A stretch of DNA of 64,000 nucleotides from an uncultured Trueperaceae bacterium (lineage in GTDB: Bacteria; Deinococcota; Deinococci; Deinococcales; Trueperaceae), in the NCBI GenBank assembly GCA_963727505.1, contig CAVSGP010000004.1, positions 608,001-672,000 of the forward strand, given 5' to 3'. The translations under genes and the position numbers were made by a program. Positions 1-10,199 of the stretch are shown here, piece after piece. Every line of letters starts with the position of its first letter. Position 1 is the first letter of the stretch. The notes beneath the pieces were generated by a model. That model saw only the letters and a list, made by a program, of their open reading frames with translations. It made no database searches and was not told the DNA's origin.

Positions 1-167
1 CCTTCTCCCCGGACCTCGCCGCCGATGCCAACGCACGCCGACGCGGGCGTCGCCTCGGGGGGCGCGCTCGCCTTCGTTCTATCCATTGTGCCGCAGTCCT
101 GCCGCGGACGCTTGGAGTATACGCGACGCGGGGCCGCGACGCGGCCCCGCATGGTGCCCTGCAGCGC

Positions 168-1211
168 TCAGGAACGCGTGAAGGAGATGTAGTCCTCGAG
201 CTTGCGCAGCGCCGAGCCATCGGCGATCAGCTCGAGGGCACGCTCCACCCCGCTGCGAAGATCGTCCACGGCGTCGGCGAGGTACAGGGCGGCTCCGCTG
301 TTGAACGCCACCACGTCGCGCTTGGCGCCGTCGATGCTCCCGTCCAGGACGCCGCGAAGCACGGCGGCGTTGGCTTCGGCGTCGCCGCCGGACAGCTCCT
401 CCAGCCGGGCGCGTTTGAGCCCCACTTCCTCGGGCGTCACGACGTAGGTGCGCCTGTCGCCGCTGGCCATCAGCTCGGTCACCTTGGAGGGGCCGGTCAC
501 CGTGAAGTCGTCGATGCGGTCGCCGTGCACCACCAGTGCGCGCTCGACGCCGAGGCCCGCCAGCACGTCCGCCAGACGCTCGGTCAGCTCGGCGTCGTAG
601 ACGCCCATGAGCTGCCGGTTCGCCGACGCCGGGTTGGTCAGCGGGCCGAGGTTGTTGAAGATGGTGCGCGCCTTCAGGTCTGCCCGGATCGGCGCCACGA
701 ACTGCATGGCGGGGTGATGGTTGCGCGCGAACATGAAGGCAAGGCCGACACGGTCGACGGCCTCGGCGAGGCGCTCGGGACTCTGATCGAGCTCGGCGCC
801 CAGCGCCCGCAGCACGTCGGCCGAGCCGGACTTGCGGGTCACGCCGATGTTGCCGTGCTTGGCGACCCGCACGCCCCCGGCAGCGATGACGAACATGGCA
901 CTGGTGCTGATGTTGATGGTGTCGATACCGGTGCCGCCCGTACCGCAGGTGTCGAGCAGGACCCCGCCCGGCCGCACCGGCACGTGGATGGCGCGCTCCC
1001 GCATGGCCTCGGCGAAACCGATGATCTCGTCGACGGTCTCGCCGCGCGTGCGCAGCGCGGCCAGCAACGCCGCGGCCTGCATCTGCGACAGGCGCCCGTC
1101 CATCAGCCGGCCCATGACGTCGCGCGCGATCTCGCGGCTGAGGGTCTCGCCGTTGAAGACGGCACCCAGGATCGGCGCGATATCGGACTTCGGATTCAGC
1201 TGCTCACTCAT
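168..1211 (-). CDS. trpD: Anthranilate phosphoribosyltransferase
   Basis: DTCGTGG, NIST and KHGN motifs and GPLTNPA; in the trp cluster. Confidence 0.97.
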   Translation of the reverse strand: MSEQLNPKSDIAPILGAVFNGETLSREIARDVMGRLMDGRLSQMQAAALLAALRTRGETVDEIIGFAEAMRERAIHVPVRPGGVLLDTCGTGGTGIDTINISTSAMFVIAAGGVRVAKHGNIGVTRKSGSADVLRALGAELDQSPERLAEAVDRVGLAFMFARNHHPAMQFVAPIRADLKARTIFNNLGPLTNPASANRQLMGVYDAELTERLADVLAGLGVERALVVHGDRIDDFTVTGPSKVTELMASGDRRTYVVTPEEVGLKRARLEELSGGDAEANAAVLRGVLDGSIDGAKRDVVAFNSGAALYLADAVDDLRSGVERALELIADGSALRKLEDYISFTRS

Positions 1212-2056
1212 GCGGACTCCTCCACGGTGCTGCCCTCACGGTCGCACGCGCCCTCCAGGTAGGCGCGCTCGTAGGCGACGCTGCCGCCGCCGAGGCGTTG
1301 GAACCATCGGCCCAGCCCGATGCCGAAGACCAACCGCTTCCCGACCACCTGCAGCGGGTGGAGCCCGAGCCGCCAGCGCAGGGGCGGGTGGCGCTCGACC
1401 AGGCGCGCGGCGTTGGCGCCTGCGGCCCTCGCCTTCGCCGGGTCGGCACCCCACCGCGGATCGGGGCCGAGGTGCACGGCCGAAGCGGAAGGCAACGCGC
1501 GGAACACCAGCCCCGCACGAGCCAGCCGATAGCCCAGCTCGATGTCCTCCCCGCCATAGCCCACGAGCTCTTCATCGAAGCCGCCGACCTGCCGGAACGT
1601 GACCGCCGGAACGCTGCTGTTGGCGCCGTTCAGGTTCCAGAAGCCCACGCGTGGGGGACGCCACCAGCGGCGCTCGCCATCCACCTCGAACGCCACGCTG
1701 CCGATGGCGGCGCACAGGCCCTTCTCCTGCTCGGCCACGTGCCGCGCCAGGGCGTCGGGTGCGGGAAGGCAATCGTCGTCGGAGAACAGCAGGATGCTGC
1801 CGCATGTGCGCGCGGCGCAGGCGTTGCGGGCGGCCCCCGCTGACAGCTGCTCGTCGGTCTCGAACAGCTTGAGCGGGAACGGGAGCTCGAGGGCGGCGAG
1901 GTCGGCCGCGCTGCCGTCGTCACCGCCGTTCAGGCACACCACCCACTCGAAGCGCTCGGGGTCGAGCGTCTGCGCCGCCAGCGCGTCGGCCTTGCGCCGC
2001 AATGCGCGGGGCCGCCCCCCGGCGACGGTCAACACACTGATGTACGGACAGGGCAC
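1208..2056 (-). CDS. Family 2 glycosyltransferase
   Basis: GT-A motifs GAARN, LFSDDDC and GGFDE..GYGGEDIELGYRL; stop overlaps the trpD start (ATGA). Confidence 0.85.
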   Translation of the reverse strand: MPCPYISVLTVAGGRPRALRRKADALAAQTLDPERFEWVVCLNGGDDGSAADLAALELPFPLKLFETDEQLSAGAARNACAARTCGSILLFSDDDCLPAPDALARHVAEQEKGLCAAIGSVAFEVDGERRWWRPPRVGFWNLNGANSSVPAVTFRQVGGFDEELVGYGGEDIELGYRLARAGLVFRALPSASAVHLGPDPRWGADPAKARAAGANAARLVERHPPLRWRLGLHPLQVVGKRLVFGIGLGRWFQRLGGGSVAYERAYLEGACDREGSTVEESA

Positions 2057-2068
2057 GGAACGCTTCCC

Positions 2069-2644
2069 CTACAACCGGTCCAGGAAGCGCTGCAGCATGG
2101 CGTGCCCGGTGTCGGTAAGGATGCTCTCAGGATGGAACTGCACGCCCCACACCGGATGATCCCGGTGCACCACGCCCATCACTACCTCTACCCCGTCGTC
2201 CTCGCACCAGGCGTTGACGCGCAGCTCGCCCGGCAGGTCCTCGATCACCAGCGAGTGGTAGCGCGTGGCCGTCAGCGGGCTCGGCAGGCCCTCGAAGACG
2301 CCGCTCCCGTCGTGCTCGACGAGGCTGGTCTTGCCGTGCATCAGGCGCCGCGCCCGTACCACCGACGCGCCGTAGGCCGCTCCGATGGCCTGGTGACCGA
2401 GGCAGACGCCGAGGATCGGAATCTGCGCGCCGTAGCGACGGATGAGCTCGACCGACTGTCCGGCCTCCGCCGGCGTGCAGGGGCCCGGCGACACCACGAT
2501 GCCTGCCGGCGCCGTCCGCGCGACCTCGTCGAGATCGAAGGCGTCGTTGCGCCATACGACGGGCTCCGCGCCCAGCTCACCGAGGTACTGCACCAGGTTG
2601 TAGGTGAAGGAATCGTAGTTGTCGATGACCAGGACCTGGGCCAT
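2069..2644 (-). CDS. trpG: Anthranilate synthase component II (glutamine amidotransferase)
   Basis: IDNYDSFT, SPGPC, GVCLGHQ, RYHSL and QFHPES motifs. Confidence 0.96.
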   Translation of the reverse strand: MAQVLVIDNYDSFTYNLVQYLGELGAEPVVWRNDAFDLDEVARTAPAGIVVSPGPCTPAEAGQSVELIRRYGAQIPILGVCLGHQAIGAAYGASVVRARRLMHGKTSLVEHDGSGVFEGLPSPLTATRYHSLVIEDLPGELRVNAWCEDDGVEVVMGVVHRDHPVWGVQFHPESILTDTGHAMLQRFLDRL

Positions 2645-2648
2645 GGCG

Positions 2649-4085
2649 TCACCCGAGCCCTTCGGTGGCCATCTCGACGGCGCGTCGCAGTGCCGCCAGC
2701 TTGTTGAGCGACTCCTGCCACTCCGCCGCAGGATCGCTGTCGGCTACCACGCCACAGCCGGCCTGCAGGTGGAGCCGCCCGCCCGCGGCCACCACGGTTC
2801 GCAGCGTCAGCGCCATGTCCATGGAGCCGGAAACGCTCAGGTAGCCGAAGGCGCCGGCATAGGGGCCGCGCCGCACCGGCTCGAGCTCGTCGATGATCTC
2901 CATGGCACGGATCTTCGGCGCGCCCGACGCCGTCCCCATCGGCAGGGTCGAGGCGAGCGCATCGAGCGGCGTGCGCCCCGGTGCCAGCTCGCCCTCGACC
3001 CGCGAAACCAGGTGCATCACGTGGCTGTATCGCTCCACCCGCATCAAGTCGGACACGCGCACGCTGCCGAAGCGACACACCCGGCCCAGGTCGTTGCGGC
3101 CGAGGTCGACGAGCATCACGTGCTCAGCACGCTCCTTCTCGTCGGACAGGAGCTCCGCGGCCAACGCCGCGTCCTCTCCGGCATCGGCGCCGCGAGGGCG
3201 GGTGCCGGCGATGGGACGGGTCTCGACCTTGACCCCGTCGCTGCGCACGAGGCTCTCGGGGCTGCTGGACACCAGCGTGACCGGCCCGAGATCGAGATAG
3301 CCGAGATAGGGGCTGGGATTGATCGAGCGCAGCGCGCGGTAGATGGCGAAGGGATGGACGCCCAGTTCCGCGCTCAGGCGCTGGCTCGGAACTACCTGGA
3401 AGATGTCGCCGGCGCGGATGAACTCGACGGCGCGCTCGACCGCGGTCATGAAGGTCTCGCGCGTGAAGTTGCTGGCGAAGCTGCTCAGGCGGCCGGCGCG
3501 ATCGCCGGGCACGCCCGGCAGCGGGCCTCGCAGGCGCTGGTAGGTGGCGTCCACCAGGGCTCGCGCTCGCGCCTCGTCGCCGGGGTCGCCGTCGACGGCA
3601 GGCGCGACGACGTACAGCCGGCGCAGCAGGTGATCGAAGATCACCAGCACCTCGGGCTCGATGAAGAGCAGGTCAGGGAGGTTCAGCTCGTCGGGGTTGG
3701 CGTCCGGGAGCTGCTCGTAGAGCCGGATGAGATCGTAGCTGGCGTAGCCGACCGCGCCTGCCCAGAAGGGGGGAAGCTCGGGGGGCGCAGCCGCCGGCCG
3801 AACCGTCATGTCCCACAGCGCCCGCAGGGGGTCGCGGGTGGTGAAGCGGTCGGTGCCGCCCGGGCCGGTGAGGGTGACGCGGTCACCCCGCACCTCCATG
3901 CGGCGCCGCTGACCGGTGCCGATGAAGGAGTAGCGTGCCACGTGCTCGCCCTGCTCGACGCTCTCGAGCAGGAACGAGGGGTGGCCGGCGACCTTCAGGT
4001 AGGCCGTGAGGGGGGTCTCGAGGTCGGCCAGCAGCTCCCGGAATACCGGGCGCACGCGGCCTTCGACGCGAGTGGGGTCAGTCAA
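2649..4085 (-). CDS. trpE: Anthranilate synthase component I
   Basis: LLES, NPSPY, RPIAGTRPRG, EHVMLVDLGRND and SGAPKIRAM motifs; TTG start after a GGAGAG RBS. Confidence 0.96.
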   Translation of the reverse strand: MTDPTRVEGRVRPVFRELLADLETPLTAYLKVAGHPSFLLESVEQGEHVARYSFIGTGQRRRMEVRGDRVTLTGPGGTDRFTTRDPLRALWDMTVRPAAAPPELPPFWAGAVGYASYDLIRLYEQLPDANPDELNLPDLLFIEPEVLVIFDHLLRRLYVVAPAVDGDPGDEARARALVDATYQRLRGPLPGVPGDRAGRLSSFASNFTRETFMTAVERAVEFIRAGDIFQVVPSQRLSAELGVHPFAIYRALRSINPSPYLGYLDLGPVTLVSSSPESLVRSDGVKVETRPIAGTRPRGADAGEDAALAAELLSDEKERAEHVMLVDLGRNDLGRVCRFGSVRVSDLMRVERYSHVMHLVSRVEGELAPGRTPLDALASTLPMGTASGAPKIRAMEIIDELEPVRRGPYAGAFGYLSVSGSMDMALTLRTVVAAGGRLHLQAGCGVVADSDPAAEWQESLNKLAALRRAVEMATEGLG

Positions 4086-4147
4086 GGGACTCTCTCCGAT
4101 TCCGAACCTTGGGCCGGGCCGCCGCAGGGCGGCCGATCATGCGGACG

Positions 4148-4207
4148 TCAGACGCCGCCGTGGCGCCATCGCCCGAGGGCCCCGGTCCAGGAATGGAGCA
4201 CGGACAT
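4148..4207 (-). CDS. trpL: Putative trp leader peptide MSVLHSWTGALGRWRHGGV (leaderless)
   Basis: 19-aa ORF with two TGG codons, ending 62 nt upstream of trpE; TATACT 6 nt before its ATG; downstream GC hairpin at 4117-4134. Confidence 0.7.
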   Translation of the reverse strand: MSVLHSWTGALGRWRHGGV

Positions 4208-4213
4208 GACGAG

Positions 4214-4219
4214 AGTATA
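4214..4219 (-). promoter_or_regulatory. -10 box (TATACT) of the trp leader/operon
   Basis: TATACT-ctcgtc-ATG, the same leaderless geometry as many genes in this window. Confidence 0.7.
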
Positions 4220-4315
4220 CCGAGTGCGGGCAGCGATCCGGGGCGGTGCCGGCCACGCCTCGAGGGCGTCGCCAGCGCACTCCCACTGCACGTGCGCTCC
4301 TTGCAACGTGGGCGC

Positions 4316-5116
4316 TCAGTCCTCCTCGGCCTCGGGTAGGAACATCCCGATGGCGTGGTAGCCGGCGTCGACGTAAACGGTCTCCCCCGTGACGCCACCG
4401 CCCAGCTCGTCGCACAGCAGCGACAGGCTGAGACCAGCGACCTCGCTGCCCTCGATGTTGCGGGCGAGCATGCTGCGGGCCCCGGCCTCGGAGTACATCT
4501 CACCGAACCCGCGGATGGACCGAGCCGCGACCGTCCGCACCGGTCCCGCGGAGATGGCGTTCACGCGGATGCCCTTCGGCCCCAGGTCGTAAGCCAGGTA
4601 ACGCATGCTGGCCTCGAGCGCCGCCTTGGCAACGCCCATCACGTTGTAGTGCGGCACCACGCGCTCGGCAGCGAGGTAACTCAGCGTCACCATGCTCCCG
4701 CCGCCCTTCATCAACCTGGCGGCCCGGTTCGCCACGGCCACGAGGGAGTAGGCCGAAACGTCGAGCGCGGTGCTCCAATCCTCCCGACGGGTGTTGACGA
4801 AGGGCCGCTCGAAGGTGACGGGCGGCGCGAAGGCCAGGGCGTGCACCACGTAGTCGAGGTGCCCCATCTCGGAAGCGAGGGTGTCGAAGAGGCCGTCGAG
4901 TTGCTCGTCGCTGGTCACGTCGCACTCCGCCAGCACCGTTCCCTCGAGATCCGCGGTGAGCTTCTCCAGGGTGGGCCGCAGCCGCTCCCCCTGGTAACTG
5001 AACGCGAGACGAGCGCCGGCCTCCGCCAGCGGCTGCGCGATGGCCCACGCCAGCGAGCGCTGGTTGGTGACTCCCATGACCAAGCCGTTCTTTCCGGTCA
5101 GATCGATGCCGAACAT
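4316..5116 (-). CDS. fabI: Enoyl-ACP reductase FabI
   Basis: GVTNQRSLAW, YNVMGVAKAALE and NAISAGPVRT motifs; ATG at 5116 after a GGAGGGAG RBS. Confidence 0.95.
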   Translation of the reverse strand: MFGIDLTGKNGLVMGVTNQRSLAWAIAQPLAEAGARLAFSYQGERLRPTLEKLTADLEGTVLAECDVTSDEQLDGLFDTLASEMGHLDYVVHALAFAPPVTFERPFVNTRREDWSTALDVSAYSLVAVANRAARLMKGGGSMVTLSYLAAERVVPHYNVMGVAKAALEASMRYLAYDLGPKGIRVNAISAGPVRTVAARSIRGFGEMYSEAGARSMLARNIEGSEVAGLSLSLLCDELGGGVTGETVYVDAGYHAIGMFLPEAEED

Positions 5117-5236
5117 GGTGCTCCCTCCCGATCGTCCGCCACCGCGCCTGCCACGGACCGGCCGATCGCTCACAGGCTGCTGCGCCAGTCTACCGGGCGT
5201 GCCTATCGGTCGTGCTTCGTTGCCACGTGGGTGTCG

Positions 5237-6286
<1,050 letters not shown>

Positions 6287-6382
6287 CACTCAAGTCTACT
6301 CCACGGTTCTGCGCGGCGCGTATGAAGGAATCGACCAGCTGGGCGACGACGGGCCGGGACCCACACCACGCAGGAGCGGGGC

Positions 6383-6574
6383 TCAGCCATGCCAGGACTC
6401 GGTCTCCTGGTAGTGCACCAGCGCCGAGAACTCGACCGTGGTCTCCAGCGCAGCGGTCGAGAACTTGACGTCGACGATCAAGGTGTCCCGGTCGAGGGAG
6501 GCGATGAAGTCGTTCAGCCGCGCCTCGAAGAGCTCGAAGTTGTTGGAGCTGATGAGCTTGAACTTGGGTTCCAT
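6383..6574 (-). CDS. Small protein, Cse60/DUF2758-like
   Basis: 63 aa, strong AGGAGG RBS, pattern K.i....FE..LNDF......iVDVKF......FSALVHY. Confidence 0.6.
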   Translation of the reverse strand: MEPKFKLISSNNFELFEARLNDFIASLDRDTLIVDVKFSTAALETTVEFSALVHYQETESWHG

Positions 6575-6579
6575 GGTCC

Positions 6580-7392
6580 CTATCCTCCTGCGCTCGAGCT
6601 TCGCAGCTCGCTCGGATCATCACCCATGATGGCGTCCACCCCCACGCCACGCAAGGCGCGCATGGCGTCGGGATCGTTCACCGTCCACACGTTGACAGCC
6701 ACCGCTCGTGCGTGCGCCGCACGCACGAAGTGCTCGTCCACCAGCGAATGGTGCGGGTGGAGGGCGTCGACGTGCAACCATCCCGGCCGCGGCAGGCCGC
6801 CGCGGAGCTTCACGGTCGACGCGTCGTACAGCAGTGCCACGCGTAGACCCGGCGCCAGCAGCCGCACACGCGCCAGCGACAACGGGCTGAAGCTCGACAC
6901 CAGGACCCGCTCGGCCAGGCCGGAGGCGTTCACGGCGCGAACGACCGCGCGCTCGAGCCCGTGGGTGCGCCAGCCGCTGGCCTTGATCTCGAGGTTGAGC
7001 AGCCGCCCTGGATAGCGCCGCGCCAACGCGAACAGCTCGTCCAGCGTCGCCAGCTCGGGAAGCCGCTCGCGCAGCTGCCCGTAGCTCTGGGCCGCGACCG
7101 GTCGGCCCCCCACCTCCGCGTCGTGGGTGAGCACCAGCTCGCGGTCGAGGCTGCGCTGCACGTCGAACTCGACCCCGTCCAGTCCGTCGTCGAATGCCCG
7201 TGCGAAGGCGGCCAGGGTGTTCTCCGGCTCGACGCCACGGGTTCCACGGTGGCCCACCAGCAGCGTGCGCCCGCCGGGCACCCCGGGAAGGGCACGTCCC
7301 CGCCAGATCGCACGCCACAGGCCGAACGCGAGCACGAGCAGCACGACGTAGGTGAGCGCGTCCGGCACGGAACCGAAGGGACCCGGGAGCAT
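6580..7392 (-). CDS. Glycerophosphodiester phosphodiesterase with N-terminal TM helix
   Basis: GHRG, PENTL, EFDV, LNLEIK and VWTVND motifs; TATACT-N7-ATG at 7392. Confidence 0.9.
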   Translation of the reverse strand: MLPGPFGSVPDALTYVVLLVLAFGLWRAIWRGRALPGVPGGRTLLVGHRGTRGVEPENTLAAFARAFDDGLDGVEFDVQRSLDRELVLTHDAEVGGRPVAAQSYGQLRERLPELATLDELFALARRYPGRLLNLEIKASGWRTHGLERAVVRAVNASGLAERVLVSSFSPLSLARVRLLAPGLRVALLYDASTVKLRGGLPRPGWLHVDALHPHHSLVDEHFVRAAHARAVAVNVWTVNDPDAMRALRGVGVDAIMGDDPSELRSSSAGG

Positions 7393-7498
7393 CGCCGCGA
7401 GTATAGCGCGCCAACACTTGCCTGGCTCCGGTCGCGCCGGTAGGAACGTGCGCAGGGACGGATTCGGCCACGCCGGGCCTCTGCTAGCATGAGGCGTC

Positions 7499-8338
7499 GT
7501 GGACATCCCCAAGGCCAGCAAGCCCCGCCCGCGTCGCGAGTGGATCATGCGTGCGGTCCAGCCGCTCGCGAGCCGCTGCGTAACGTGGGCGGCGCGGCGG
7601 CGCATCGATCCGATGGCCGTCGTGGCCGCGCACGCCCTGACGGGACTGGCGGCGGCGGTCCTGCTGACACGCCAGGCGAGCGTCGCCCTCATCGCGGCCG
7701 CTGTGTTGCTGCAGCTCAAGACCCTGCTCGACAACGTCGACGGCGGCCTCGCACGCGTGAGCGGACGGGTCACCGAGGCCGGTCGCTACCTCGACACGAC
7801 GGCCGACCTGGTCGTCAACGTCGCCCTCTTCGTCGCTCTGACACGCCACGGGCCCGCCCTGCCGGCGCTGCTCGCCCTGCTCGTCCTGACGCTCCTGCTG
7901 TCGCTCGACTTCAACCTGGAGGGGCGATACCGGGAGCTGCGGGCCCCGCTCCCCGCTGCGCCCGCCCCGCTCCCGCCCGGCATGCCACGGTGGCTTCTGA
8001 ACGTGCCGAGGGGCGTGTACCGGGTCTTGCTCGAACCGCAGGACCGCTGGCTGCGCCACCTGGATCGGGCTCTGTTCGAGCGCATCTCCGGCCGGACCGA
8101 GGCATCCGCCCCCGCCCACCTGCGCCTGGCCTGGAACGACCTCTTCTCCACGGCGACCCTCGTCAACCTCGGCCTGAGCAGCCAGCTCGTTCTGCTCGGA
8201 GCGCTCTGCGTGCTCGGGCGACCCTACCTGTACGTGGTGAGCGTCTACCTCCAACTCGCCTACGTCCTCGCGGTGCAGGCCGTGCGGGTCGCCCGCCTCC
8301 GCAGGACGCTGCGCGAGGGGCGCGGGAGCGCGGCATGA
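7499..8338 (+). CDS. CDP-alcohol phosphatidyltransferase family protein
   Basis: DNVDGGLAR...GRYLDTTAD signature; hydrophobic. Confidence 0.88.
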   Translation: MDIPKASKPRPRREWIMRAVQPLASRCVTWAARRRIDPMAVVAAHALTGLAAAVLLTRQASVALIAAAVLLQLKTLLDNVDGGLARVSGRVTEAGRYLDTTADLVVNVALFVALTRHGPALPALLALLVLTLLLSLDFNLEGRYRELRAPLPAAPAPLPPGMPRWLLNVPRGVYRVLLEPQDRWLRHLDRALFERISGRTEASAPAHLRLAWNDLFSTATLVNLGLSSQLVLLGALCVLGRPYLYVVSVYLQLAYVLAVQAVRVARLRRTLREGRGSAA

Positions 8339-8787
8339 CCGCCGGCTCCAGCATGCCGCGCCCTCTCGCCACCGTCGGCGCGCTCGTCGTCGGTCCGTCC
8401 GGCCGTGTGCTGTTGATCCGCACCCACAAGTGGCGGGACCGCTGGGGGGTACCCGGCGGCAAGATCGAGTACGGCGAGACGATGGCTGCCGCGGTGCGCC
8501 GCGAGGTGCGCGAGGAGACCGGCCTGGATCTGGACGACGTCCGCTGGGCACCGGTCCAGGAAGCGGTGGAGAGCCATGAATTCCACCGGCCCGCCCACTT
8601 CGTGTTGCTGAACTTCGTGGCCCGGAGCCCTTCCGAACAGGTGCACCTCAACGAGGAGGCGCAGGCGTTCGCCTGGGTGGAGCCGGAGGAGGCCCTCACG
8701 ATGGATCTCAACCGACCGACCGCCGTTCTGGTGCGGCATTTCCTGGAACGCGGCTTCGACACGCCGCCGCTGGAGCACCGTGCTTGA
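8335..8787 (+). CDS. NUDIX hydrolase
   Basis: GGKIEYGETMAAAVRREVREETG Nudix box; ATGA overlap with the upstream gene. Confidence 0.92.
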   Translation: MTAGSSMPRPLATVGALVVGPSGRVLLIRTHKWRDRWGVPGGKIEYGETMAAAVRREVREETGLDLDDVRWAPVQEAVESHEFHRPAHFVLLNFVARSPSEQVHLNEEAQAFAWVEPEEALTMDLNRPTAVLVRHFLERGFDTPPLEHRA

Positions 8788-9511
8788 GCCCACGGTTCCC
8801 CGACCCACGGCGCTGGTGACGGGCTCGGCGCGCGGCATCGGTCGGGCGCTGATCCTGGCGCTGGCCAAATCGGGTCACGACGTCGCCGTCCACTACCGCA
8901 ACAGCGCCGCCGAGGCCGCCGAGGCCGCCGAGGAAGCGCGCTCGTTCGGGGCGCGGGCCGTTGCGCTGCAAGCCGACGTCACGATCGAAGCGGAGGCGCG
9001 CGCCCTCGTCGAGACCGCCCGCAGCGAGCTGGGACGCCTCGACGTGCTCGTGAACAATGTCGGCGACTACCACTTCGGTCCGCTCGACGAGCTCGACGCG
9101 CAGCGCTGGCATGCCATGTTCGACAGCAACCTGCACGCCACCTTCTACACATGCCAGACGGCGGTGCCGATCCTGCGCGCACAGGGCGGCGGGCGCATCG
9201 TGAACATCGGCTATGCCGGCGCCGAACTCGTCAAGGCCCGACCGTCGATCGTGGCCTACGCCGCCGCCAAGACCGGCGTCATCCTCTACAGCAAGGCGCT
9301 CGCCAGGAGCGAGGCCGCCCACGGCATCACCGTCAACGTGGTGAGTCCTGGAGTGATGGAGAACAGCGTCACCCAGCCAACCGGCGAGGTGCCGATGGGT
9401 CGCGCAGGCAGGTTCGAGGAGCTGGTGGCGGCGGTCCGTTACCTGCTCTCGGCCGAGGCCGCCTACGTCACCGGCGCGACCATCGAGGTGGCCGGCGGCT
9501 GGAACCTGTGA
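8780..9511 (+). CDS. tmpR: SDR; TmpR-type dihydropteridine/dihydrofolate reductase
   Basis: TGSARGIG, NNVGDY, YAAAKTGVILY and a C-terminal EVAGGWNL, as recalled for the Thermus enzyme. Confidence 0.75.
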   Translation: MLEPTVPRPTALVTGSARGIGRALILALAKSGHDVAVHYRNSAAEAAEAAEEARSFGARAVALQADVTIEAEARALVETARSELGRLDVLVNNVGDYHFGPLDELDAQRWHAMFDSNLHATFYTCQTAVPILRAQGGGRIVNIGYAGAELVKARPSIVAYAAAKTGVILYSKALARSEAAHGITVNVVSPGVMENSVTQPTGEVPMGRAGRFEELVAAVRYLLSAEAAYVTGATIEVAGGWNL

Positions 9512-9517
9512 CGTGCG

Positions 9518-10114
9518 CTAGAGGTCGTCCTCTTCGAAGCGGAGGCTGCCCCTGGCGTGGTCGCCGGTACCGTGACTGACGTCGAACACGCCCCCCGCCT
9601 GCTTCAGGTTGATCGTCACGAAGTCGTGGTGCTGCAGGACCTCGAACGCTTCCAGGGGCGCGTCCCGACGCGGGAGGAGCACGCGCGCGCCGTGGAGATC
9701 CTGGAAGGGCCGGTCGGTGAACACCGTGTGGAGATAATCCGACACCCGCTGTTCGGGCATCAGGTAGAGCCGCCCGGTGAGCACGTAGCTGGCGTACATC
9801 ACGTAGACCAGGCGCGCCTCGCGGCGAACGTGCTCGCTCGGCTCCTCGGCGTGGCCCCCCACCACCCACATGATGTGCTCCTTGGGCACAGCGGCGAAGT
9901 CGGTCTCGTACTGCAGCGCGTTGTTCGCCGGCGGATGGCGGAAGCCCGCGTCGTAGACCATGCAACGCGTCACGGGCAGGTATGGACGATCGGTGAGGTT
10001 GAGGAGGCGGGCGGTGCTCACGATCTCCGGTAGATGAAGGAGGCCATAGAGGCGGAACTCGTTGGTGTAGACCCGTCCTTCGGTCGGCGTGACGCGACGT
10101 CCGTTGACGACCAT
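9518..10114 (-). CDS. Hypothetical protein made of two tandem similar ~85-aa domains (DUF6812-like)
   Basis: Repeated L.G.L.L.....TDRP(Y/F) pattern; TAGCGT-N5-ATG. Confidence 0.6.
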   Translation of the reverse strand: MVVNGRRVTPTEGRVYTNEFRLYGLLHLPEIVSTARLLNLTDRPYLPVTRCMVYDAGFRHPPANNALQYETDFAAVPKEHIMWVVGGHAEEPSEHVRREARLVYVMYASYVLTGRLYLMPEQRVSDYLHTVFTDRPFQDLHGARVLLPRRDAPLEAFEVLQHHDFVTINLKQAGGVFDVSHGTGDHARGSLRFEEDDL

Positions 10115-10199
10115 GCAGGACGCTACCACGTGCGTCCTGGCCGCCCCCGGGGCGAGCACCCGAGAGCACCCGCGCCCTCCGCGACGCTATGCTGGCCCC

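Noticed and set aside
1..121. Minus-strand ORF start at 86 with an upstream TATACT
   Set aside because: Runs off the window edge; too short to identify
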